A DNA stretch of 29,694 nucleotides from NCBI GenBank assembly GCA_003971905.1, contig RSEE01000062.1, positions 372,001-401,694 of the forward strand, given 5' to 3'. The stretch is from Moniliella sp. 'wahieum' (lineage: Eukaryota). The notes below the pieces were generated by a model, which was given only the letters and a program-made list of their open reading frames with translations, did not search any database and was not told the DNA's origin. The position numbers and the translations under genes were made by a program. This document shows positions 11,391-22,076 of this stretch, in pieces (within the stretch, counting starts at the first letter, position 1; each line of letters opens with the position of its first letter).

Positions 11391-11992
11391 GAGTGTTGTG
11401 GTGGCCAGGCAGCATCGGGCTCACGCGCGTGTTGTGCTGCCCCGGCCCGCCGAAGGAAGGAGGGAGGATCTTCGGGGCGCGAGGCGTTTGAAACTTGCGA
11501 GTGCACTTGAAACTTGCACCCTTGCACCCTTGGTAGGACCACAGCGGCAGGAGGACAGTGGCCAACTCATGCATCCTGGCGGCCAGGGCGTCCTGCTCCC
11601 CTTTTCCGTGGGCGTGGGGCCGCGCCCAGCGGCGCATATGCCTGCGGCGGAGGCATACGAGGAATACAGTTCGACGGCCCCTTTGGCATTGCGCCCCATC
11701 CACCCTTTCGGCAGACGACTGCGAGTCTGCGTCCCAGCCCTCGTCTCGTGCGGGGAAGCGACCACAGGACTCCCCCTCTCGTGTGCCTTATCATGCGTCT
11801 TCAGTAGACGCAGCCGACGCGCCGGGGCACAAACCCTGTGCGCTCCTGGCTCTCCGTCACGGGCTCGATCACTCATTGATGCCCAACAGTAGTATAGAAA
11901 AACGACGGGCGATATGGCTGCTGCCTTTTAGATTTGCTATACGCTGCCTCTTCCTCGCCACCTCCCCACCACCATCCGTGTTTGATCCCTCC

Positions 11993-14900
11993 ATGCCCCC
12001 TGCCCCGGCCTCCTCCGCACGCGGGGTGGCTCCCCTCGCCGTTGGGATCGACAGCCTCAACAACAGCAGCTCTTCCAGCCTAACGCACGATGGGCCTGCC
12101 ACGGAGCTCCTTGCTCATCATCCGTCTGCAAGCCCCCCTCCTATCTCAGCGCCGCACATCGGCATGCAGCATATCCTACGACCTTGACACCAGTGCTGGC
12201 CGCCCTTCTCCCTCGCTGGACACCAAGCATCGCGGTAGCTACACGCCCAGTGGCTACAGTGTGCCTGATCCCACCCAGGCAACCTATCCCGACCCAAACA
12301 GCGCCTCCGCTCCCCCTTTGCGTCAGCGCGATCCTTACCCGGCATGGACCGTCGAACATCAAATCCCCCTATCCAAGGAAGAGATTGAAGACATTTTCAT
12401 CGACCTCACTGCCAAGTTCGGCTTCCAGAAGGACTCGATGCGTAACATGTACGACCACCTGATGATTCTACTCGACAGCCGCGCCAGCCGAATGACGCCC
12501 ACAATGGCGTTGGCCACCCTCACGCCGACTACATTGGAGGCGAGAACAGCAACTACCGCAAGTGGTACTTTGCCGCCCAGCTGGACCTCGATGACGCCAT
12601 TGGACGAGTCCAGAATCCCGGTATCGCGACACGGGCCGCCTCCCTACACCGTCGGCCGTCGGCCGCCCGCTCCCCTCATGGCGCGGACGACAAGACAATC
12701 AGCCGGACAAGCGCATTGATTAACGCCAACGTCAAGTCGCTCCAGAGTGCCCAAATTCGGTGGCGCGACGCGATGAACCGAATGAACGATTACGATCGTC
12801 TCCGTCAAATCGCACTTTGGTTACTCTGCTGGGGGGAAGCGGGGCAGGTGCGCCTGACACCCGAGTGTCTCTGCTTCATTTTCAAGTGTGCCGATGACTA
12901 CTATCGCTCAGAGGAATGCCAAAACCGAATGGACCCAGTGCCCGAGGGCCTGTATCTTCGGGCTGTGATCCGCCCAATCTACCGGTACCTGCGCGACCAG
13001 ATCTTCGAAATTGTGGACGGCAAGTTTGTCAAGCGGGAACGCGATCATGAGAACATCGTGGGCTATGACGATGTCAACCAGCTCTTTTGGTACCCGCACG
13101 GCATCTCTCGTATCGTTCTTCAAGATGGGACTCGACTCGTGGACACACTCCAGCCCAGCGCTTCCTGAAGTTGGACAAGGTTCAATGGCACAAGGTGTTT
13201 GTCAAGACGTACAAAGAAAAGCGCACCATCGTTCATCTCCTTGTCAACTTCAACCGCATTTGGATCCTCCATATTTCTTCCTTTTGGTACTTTGTTGCGT
13301 AAGTTCTGCTGTGTGGGGTTGTTAGGAAAGAATGATGCTGTACTGACTTTCAACCCACCGGCAGGCCCAATGCCCCAAAGATTTACACTCAGGATACTCC
13401 CACAATTGAGCAGAAGCTGTCGGCGGCAGCCCTAGGTGGCTCGGTATCGGCATTCATTATGATTCTCGCCACCCTGGCAGAGGCATCGTACCTCAACGCA
13501 ACATGGAACAACCTGATGCTCCTCGTTCGCCGGCTCATTTTTCTTGGGGTGGCTTTGGGCTTATCGATGTGCCCTGTGATCTACGTTTTTGGATGGAACG
13601 CGCATGGTACACCCTCACAGATTGTAGCTTACGTCGGAATTGCCTTTTCAGCATGTGTTACCATCATTTTTGGTATCATCCCAAGCGGCCGCATGTTCGG
13701 CGATCGGGTGGCAAGCAGCTCTCGCAAGTACCTTGCCAGCCAGACGTTCACTGCCTCATACCCACCGCTGCCGTGGAAGCGGCGCGTGGTCAGCTGTGCA
13801 TTATGGTTCCTCGTCTTTGGGTGCAAATTGACGGAATCCTATTTTTTCCTCACCCTCTCCTTCCGTGACCCGCTGGCCATCATGGTCAACATGACGGTGC
13901 AAAGCTGCGAGGACAAGTACTTCGGTCACAACCTGTGTAAAAACCAACCGGCGTTCACTTTGGCCGCCATGTTCGTCCTCGATCTGTGCCTCTTCTTCCT
14001 CGACTCATACCTGTGGTACGTCATTTGGAACACAACATTCAGCATTGGATGGGCGTTCTTCGATCCGGCATTTCGATTTGGACCCCTTGGAGAGATATGT
14101 TCCAGCGTGTGCCCAGACGGATCTACGCCAAGCTCCTGGCCACTGATGATATGGACTTTAAATACAAACCGAAGGTGCTCGTGTCCCAGGTGTGGAATGC
14201 GATCGTCATTGCCATGTATCGCGAGCATCTACTCTCCATTGACCATGTTCAAAACTTGCTCTACCACAAGTTGCCTCGGCCGACGGAACCAAACGCATCC
14301 TACGGGCCCCGCTGTTCTTCATCATGCAAGGAAAAGGCGGAGGTTCACGGTCTCAGTTTTTTTCCTGGTGGTTCGGAGGCAGAGCGGCGGATCAGCTCTT
14401 TGCTCAGTCTTTAACGATGGACTTACCGGAGACGCTTCCGGTAGACGCCATGCCTACATTTACAGTTCTAACACCCCATTACTCAGAGAAGATCCTACTC
14501 TCGCTCCGCGAGATTATCCGGGAAGAAGACCAGAACACACGTGTGACGCTTCATCAGTACCTTAAGGAGCTCCACCCTCTTGAGTGGAAAAACTTTGTCA
14601 AGGATACTCGTATTTTAGCCGAAGAAACCGAGGGGAAAACGCCCGCGCCCTATGCCCATCAGGAGAGAATACAAGCCAACAGAGCAAAATGGATGACCTT
14701 CCCTTCAACTTCATCGGATTCAAATCCTCGTCGCCTGAGTACCCACTCCGCACCCGCATCTGGGCCTCCCTTCGAGCCCAGACTCTGTATCGCACTGTCT
14801 CGGGCTTCATGAACTATTCCAAAGCTATAAAACTGTTGTACCGTGTGGAAAACCCCGAGGTGGTCCAACTGTTGGGGGGCAACCCGGAAAAGCTTGAGCG

Positions 14901-17510
14901 GGAGCTGGAGCGAATGGCCAGGCGCAAGTTCAAGTATGTTGTCTCCATGCAGCGCTACGCCAAGTTCAACAAGGAAGAGCACGAAAATTCAGAGTTCCTC
15001 CTTCGCGCCTACCCCGACCTCCAAATTGCCTTTCTCGAAGAGCAGCCTCCCCGGAAGCAGGGAGGCGAGTCCCACTGGTTCTCGGTCTTGGTCGATGGGC
15101 ATTCGGAAATCCTTCCCAATGGAAAGCGCCGGGCTAAGTTCCGCATTGAGCTGCCGGGAAATCCAATTCTGGGCGATGGAAAGTCAGACAACCAAAACCA
15201 CGCGCGGTGGTATTTATCCGGGGTGAGTATGTGCAACTCATTGACGCCAATCAAGACAACTACCTCGAGGAGTGCCTCAAGATCCGCTCTGTTCTCGGCG
15301 AGTTTGAATCATTCACCGTCTCAAACGCCAATCCCTATGGGAAGAACTATGACGAGCATAGCAAGGCTCCAGTGGCAATCGTCGGTGCCGGGTACATCTT
15401 CTCGGAGAATATTGGCATCTTGGGGGATAATGCGGCCGGAAAGGAACAGACCTTTGGGACGCTCAACGGTCGTGGCCTAGCCAACATTGGCGGCAAACTC
15501 CACTATGGTCACCCGGATTTTCTCAGTGCCATCTTTATGAACACGCGTGGGGGCGTATCCAAGGCACAAAGGGACTCCATCTCAACGAGGATATCTACGC
15601 TGGGATTATGGCCTTTTCACGAGGAGGTAGGATCAAGCACTGCGAATACTATCAGTGCGGCAAGGGACGCGACCTTGGGTTCGGTACAATCCTCAACTTC
15701 ACCACCAAACTTGGCAACGGAATGGGGGAACAACTGCTGTCGCGCGACTACTACTATTTGGGTACCCAATTGCCGATGGACCGGTTCCTCACGTTTTACT
15801 ACGGACATCCTGGGTTTCAACTGAACAACGTGATCGTCATCATGTCGGTGCAGCTCTTTATGTGACACTTATGTTGTCGGGACCTCACTCGTCGCTGCAA
15901 GTATGTGAGACGACCCACGACAATTTCATCGTTGGCACTTCGGGATGCTACTACCTTAACCCGGTTTCTCTTGGTTGAAACGAACGGTCATTTCGATTTT
16001 CTCGTGTTTGCCATTTCCTTTCTTCCTTTGTTCATGCAGGAGCTGTGCGAGCGGGGCCCATATCGGCCGTCTTCCGCCTCGCCCGTCAGATCCTCTCGCT
16101 TAGTCCCGTGTTTGAAGTGTTTAGCACCATGATTTACGCCAACTCGCTCCTGTCCAACCTGACCTTCGGGGGCGCACGGTACATTGCCACGGGTCGTGGG
16201 TTTGCCACCAGTCGGCAGAGTTTTGCTCTGCTCTTCAGCCGCTTTGCTGGTCCGTCGATCTACTCCGGATCGAGGTTGGTGCTTCTGCTTCTGTATGCAA
16301 CTTTACCGTGTGGTTTTACACTTGATCTATTTTTGGATCACATGCGTCTCGCTCTGTGTCGCTCCCTTCCTCTTCAATCCCCACCAGTTTTCCTTCCCCG
16401 ACTTTGTGGTGGACTATCGCGAATTTCTGCAATGGATGTCGCGCGGCAACTCCCGCTCACACGCAAACTCATGGGTTGGCTACTGCCGTCTGAGCGACCG
16501 AACCAAGGTGACGGGGTACAAAAAGAAGAGGCTTGGACACCCTTCGGAAAACTGGCTGGCGACGTACCCCGAGCTGGGTGGAGGACGATCATCTTTGCCG
16601 AGTGCCTCTCGCCAATTGCGATGGCTGTCATCTTTGTGTGTCTTGTATGCGTTTGTCAAGTCATTCATCGTGCTTCCGACCCACCCGGGGGGCCATTGTG
16701 CGGATCGCTATTCTTTCACTTGGTCCCATTGCGCTCAACGCGGCAGTGCTTTTGATCTGTTTTGCCATTTCCATCCTCTTTGGCACTGCACTGAGCCAGC
16801 GCTGTGGACGGGTTGGGTCCATCATGGCCATCATTGCCCATCTATTTGCAGTGCTGGGAATGATTGGTGCGTTTGAGCTGCTGTTGGTGATTGAACGCTG
16901 GTCGCCTTCGCATGCCCTCCTGGGCCTAATTGCTGTCATGGCCATTCAACGGCCATAATGAAGGCCCTCGTCGCCCGTTCTCTCCCTGAGATGAAACACG
17001 AAACCAACAGTGCATGGTGGACAGGGCGCTGGTACGGACGCGGTCTCGGGTCTCATGCCTTCTCCCAGCCACTTCGTGAGTTTGTGGTCAAAATCATTGA
17101 GATGAGTTACTTTTCGGCCGACTTTGTCTTGTACGCAGCCCCCCCCCCCTGCTTTTTGTCACAAAGTACTAACTGTTGAGTAATGCCAAACACCCTCATT
17201 TTTGTCCTTCTTCCCTCCGAATTTACAACTTGCCGCAGGTGCCACATTATCCTTTACGTATTGGCTATTCCAATGCTTCTGCCTTTCATGGACCGCTTCC
17301 ATTCAATGATTGCTTTTCTGGCTTCGTCCGAGCCGGGACCTGCACAAGCCCATTTTCTCTCTTCGACAGAGAAAGGAGCGTCGCTGGATTCTGTTGCGCT
17401 ACGGGCTGCTGTTCTTCTTGGGCTATGCTTGCTTTGCCGCCCTGATTGCCGTCCCTATCACCTTCCCCCACTGGCTCGTGTTTGATTGTGGCTCAGTATG
17501 CACGCTCTGA
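11993..17510 (+). CDS. FKS1: 1,3-beta-glucan synthase catalytic subunit (GT48); introns 13299-13364 and 17131-17238; many frameshifts
   Basis: [154 protein letters not shown] and [12 protein letters not shown]. Confidence 0.98.
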
Positions 17511-17537
17511 GAGACAGTAAATGCGTCTCCCGCATAT

Positions 17538-17555
17538 TCTCTCTCTCTCTCTCTC
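17538..17555 (+). repeat. (TC)n microsatellite in the FKS1 3' region
   Basis: Run tctctctctctctctctc just after the FKS1 stop. Confidence 0.8.
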
Positions 17556-18314
17556 ACTGAGGCTCATTATACCATTCCATCTGCCCCCCCCCTTAGTACG
17601 TTGTTCTCTTTCGTACCCTTTCTTTTGTCACCTCTTGTTTTGGGTGTTGCCTCTTGCAAAGGGGGTCCAGAGAAGCCCGTGCTGATGATTGTGATCTATG
17701 TGGGCTCCCTTCAATTACCAAGACGGGGAGAATTCCTGAATTCTATACCTTACGTCTGATGTGCCTCATGCCAAAGGCTATGTGTGCGTTTTGTTACCCT
17801 TCTTCTTCCGTCTTTCTGTCGTGATTTGTGTTACGCCTCTACACCTCCCTCCCCCTCTTCACCCTTTGAGAGACGAACACGCATTCCCTACCCTTTTTGA
17901 CTTGCGTGCCCCCTCCCCCCTTTCTAACAGTAGCTCGGAAGGGAATGAAACCAAGAGATGACGGAGATGATGATCGAGAGGATGCGACTATAAGCGCAAT
18001 AACGAGTGTGGCAGTGGCGTCGTATAGGGCCTATTACACAATGCCATGGGTCTTGTTTTAGCTCGGTGACAGACCGACGTCTCACAATTAACGCGTCAAA
18101 GTGTCTTATATGCAGTGGTGCTTCGTCAACTAGCAGTAGATTGTGATAACTTGTTGATACACTGCACGATAGCAAAACGCGAGTGCATCTGGTGGTGGGC
18201 AAAGCAGGTTTTTTTGTTTTGCCGAGTTTTGCAAGTCGAGACATTATGGGTGTCTCCTACCCTCACAGACGAAAGATTGAACCAAACAATAAATAAATCC
18301 CAAGTAGGAAAAAA

Positions 18315-18401
18315 TGGACGAATAGGGAATCGAACCCCAGACCTCACACAGAAGAAGCATAGAATGCGAAGCGTGCGCTCTACCAACTGAGCTATCCGCC
18401 C
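18315..18401 (-). tRNA. tRNA-Ala(CGC) with 14-nt intron (18351-18364)
   Basis: Reverse complement GGGCGGA-TA-GCTC..GAGC-G-CACGC-TT-CGC-A-[intron]-T-GTGTG-AGGTC-TGGGG-TTCGATT-CCCTA-TTCGTCC-A. It carries the G3:U70 alanine identity pair and is followed by a T6 terminator. Confidence 0.94.
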
Positions 18402-19168
18402 ATTCCATCTTGATAGCAACGAATGCATTTCTTGCGTATCGAACGCGAGGGTGGCATAGCGATTCTATCGGTCTAATAGGGTTCTTGTTTCAGAGCTTAG
18501 GACCAGTGGCGCCTACAGTGTGGGTTGATGAAACCCCAGTGGGCGGGATTATATATATATAGGTGTCGTATGTATACAGGTCTCATTCCTGTGCATTTTA
18601 CCTTTCGATATCCCGTGGGGGTCCTGCGAGAGAAGAGTGTTCCAGTGACCAAGGCGTGTCCTACCCGCGGCCGTTGCATGCGCCACCGGTCACGGCCTTA
18701 CGGCCAACCCTCTAGGACTACAGACTACAGGCCCGTCAGTCTTGCTGTTGTTCCGGCACAAGCGCAACCACACACTGTTATTCATCTGCCGCGCGCGAGC
18801 CAATGTCCCAATTAAGGGGCCTCTCTCACACCTCGTCTCCGTTGCGCTCCGTTTTTCAGTAGTGTCCAGGCTCAAAATCAACTGTGAATTTTCCCTCCTC
18901 AGGCCTCACCTTCATATGGAAAGCGCCCCGAAACTATGGCTCGGGCTCCAGTCATCACGCTGCAAAGCCCCCGCCGGCTCTGTAATATGCAGACAGGGCT
19001 GAGACATAAAAGCCGGAGGAAGAACGGGTACAATATCCTAGTAGTTCCATATCAAAGAGAGGTACACGCAGACACACCGACCTGTCTGCAAACTCAAGAA
19101 CAGTGGTCACTGTCTGAGGTATAGAGAGAGAAGAGAAAAGAGAGGAGAGGACACGAGACGTAGGGTTT

Positions 19169-21428
19169 TTATTGTCGTCCTTTATAGCCTTTAGTTAGTA
19201 CTCGTTTATGGTTGCTGTCCGCTGTTCCAAGACGATATGGAGCACTGAGGCTGGTGGGTGCCAATCGACGCAGAAGGGTATCGGGAGCTTTGGGGATGGG
19301 CTGGCTGGGGCTTCCTGGTTGGGGTGGAAGGCGAAACGTTGCAACCGTCCGGTTGAGCCGGTTGCGTGGCCAGTTGGCCCGTACCCACCCCACGCCGCCA
19401 TCGTTTCCCCAGAGTGTATAATTTGGGATTGGTATATGCCTCAAGATGACGATTGATGTAATCAGCAGTGGGGTAGTCGGGCGGGTCACCCCTACGTGGT
19501 CTTGCTGGATCCTGGTATACCGATCCAATTCACTTCCATTGAAGAGGGCCAATCTGCTGGTTCCACGAAGGGGCGCCAAAGTTTCTCCGAGATGCCCACG
19601 TTGGCTAGGATGCTCATCGGTTCAGGTGAGATGGTGCGAGAGGCAATGCCCGAAATGGGATCCGGTGCCAATTGGGCCGGAGTGAGCCGCCAAGTTTGGT
19701 TTCCGCGCTTGCCCTCTATTGGATGAATCCTCGTGGCCGGGCTGGTACTCGACGACAGCAAACTCGGTGAACGTCCCCGTAGAGTTGTCGGGCAAATACT
19801 GCACGCCCGTCTGGTCTGTAGCAGTAACGCCCGAAAATGCTTTGCTGGTCAACCGCCTGATAGGAATTGACAATGGTTCGATGGTTTAGCAATTCGGGCT
19901 TGGCCATGGGACGGTAGGCATTGTATTGATGGGGCGAACTGAGCACTCTGGGAAGCAGTCATGTCTTCGTTTTTGGTTCAAACCTGAGCTCGAAAAGATC
20001 ATCTCAGGAGCCATCCGGCCCGGATAGGAGCCGTTGGGAAACTGCGGGCCGGGGTGGTCCTCGCCCGGACAGGTGCAAGCCGACAATCGTTGCCCGGGGA
20101 GATAAGAAGGGATTTACTGTTGTGTTTACGGTTGTAAACGCAATTGCCCAGGGTAGAGGTATCGGGAAAGAGTGTCAAGGGTCTGTCTGGTTGGGGAGGG
20201 TACCAACGTCGCATGCATCATAGCTGTAGGGCCACGTACCCTCCAACGTGGCGCCATACCCGGCACGCCCCAAGTTCCCCATCATCCAGATTGCTGGCCA
20301 GAGACCGGCCACGTTGGCTTTTCCTGGAAGGCGCACATTGGCCACCAGCGCACCCCTGTAAAGCAAAATTTGTTCCAGGACTGAATCATGCCTCCACGAA
20401 AGTTCAGATTATGCTCAGGGTGTTCGCTTAGGGTAATGCGAAGCGCGCCATTCACCGTCGTCACAGCAGCTGGGTCGTACCATTCGTAGTTGTTGGTGGC
20501 CCAGTAATGGAGATCGACAGCTTCCCAAAAGGGACTGAAGAAGGTTAGTGAATTTCCACTCATCGTATACTATAACGTCTATTGAGTATATGATCCTGAG
20601 ATGAAGGAAGAGGTGGGGGAGGCATGATGTGGATACTTACTCATCACCAGGATAAAAACTGCGGCCTGGGGTTTCAAACTCATCGGAAAAGACGAGGGCC
20701 AAGGTCGTGGTACCATCAACAGAAAGGCGAGTGTAGGCATCTTGGGGTGTGTCGGGTCAATGAGTGATGTGCGGACCCCGGGAATGTGGCCTACTTGACC
20801 GGAAGCGTTTGTGCCCCCAAGGCCATAGCCCCCTTGATTGTCGAAGGAGTTTTTGTGATGGCGATAGTGAGACAGGATGGGATAGCCAGCAAACAGCACG
20901 AGCAGGACAAGAGCGAAAGTAGAACCGTTCCACCATTGATAAAGGCCCGGGGATTGGCTCTGACGCTCCAGATGGAGGGATTGTCCACCCGGGGCCAGCG
21001 GTGACAATGCGGTGTCCTCCCTTGCCGTCGGGCTCATACTGGAGGCATAACCTCGTCGTCCAACTCTTCCTCATCCAACATGTCATAGGGGTAAAGAAGG
21101 GCGTGTGTGGCATATATTTGAGGAACAGGCAGCTGGTTGATGTTGCGGAAATTATGGATGGACACGTCGGCTGAATCAACGGGGTTGGTGGAGATGGACC
21201 AAAAGTTGCTGGAATAATGTCGCTTGAAGAGAGTGCTCACGGTGCTTCGTATGGATATCCGTCCTGTCTCAAAAGGTCTCTTCATTGTCACCGCAGACGA
21301 GGTGGATTGGTGATGCTTGAGGGCAGAAGTAGAGGAGGCAAAGGTGGAGACAGCGGGCTCGCTACTCGATGGTTGTATGCACTGATCATATGCACGGGTG
21401 ACGGTGCGCGGGAGTGGGTTTTTTGCAT
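19169..21428 (-). CDS. KRE6: KRE6/SKN1-type beta-1,6-glucan synthesis-associated protein (GH16, type II membrane); intron 20535-20640; ends approximate
   Basis: TM segment [15 protein letters not shown], then [116 protein letters not shown](I)DLFE (catalytic ExDxxE after a 1-nt fix), QQSIFG and [16 protein letters not shown]. Confidence 0.95.
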
Positions 21429-22076
21429 TTTGGGAGGAGGAAGAGGAGGAGGACGAGGCTTGCGGCGAATGCGCGCGGAGGGAGCGGATGGGAGCCGGGG
21501 GACTGGCTTATTTCGGTTGATGGGTGTTGTGGCATCATGGAGAGATGAGTGGAGAAGGATGAGGGGGATGGTGGTGGTGGTGAAGCAGCAGACGCAGAGG
21601 GCAGGGATGCCCCGGAGCGAAGAGTGTGTTGAGTGTCCCAGCGTGCATGCGTGGCTGTGCGTTGGCTGGCGTGCAGCGGAGGGCATGCATGGAGGGAAGC
21701 GAACGCACGGAGTATTGCGGCTGATACTGCGGCTTGGATATCCTCTGCTCTCTCCTTGCGCTACCACCACACCAGTGCTCGCAGCAGCAGCGCACAGCCC
21801 CGCACGCTGTTCCAATGCCCGGATCGCATCTCGCATGCCACATGTCAGCACGTAGGAGCAAGCGAGGTGCTGCGAAAGAACCACATTGTGCAGCAAATAA
21901 CAGCCATTAATAGCGGACCCATTCCCGCCCCCTTGCTTTCCTGCCGTCTACACCCGCCCTGTCTAGCCCCATCGCCATCATCTGTCTGTGCCATATACGA
22001 CCAGGTCCGCTTGCCACCCAATCAGATTGCACCGAGTGGATGGGAGACATGTATGAGGGCCTTCTTCGTCTCCCGC

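Noticed and set aside
10906..11892. Long overlapping ORFs (250-265 aa) across the Arc1-like/FKS1 promoter
   Set aside because: Arg/Pro/Gly/Ala-rich GC shadow ORFs with no motifs; they overlap a well-supported gene on another frame or strand.
17131..17238. Nested (stwintron) interpretation of the last FKS1 intron
   Set aside because: It would need an extra G before the donor, a rare GAG acceptor and a non-consensus GTAATG outer donor. A single intron restores the frame.
17559..17566. Perfect Crz1-type GAGGCTCA site
   Set aside because: It lies just downstream of the FKS1 stop rather than in a promoter, and is compatible with chance.
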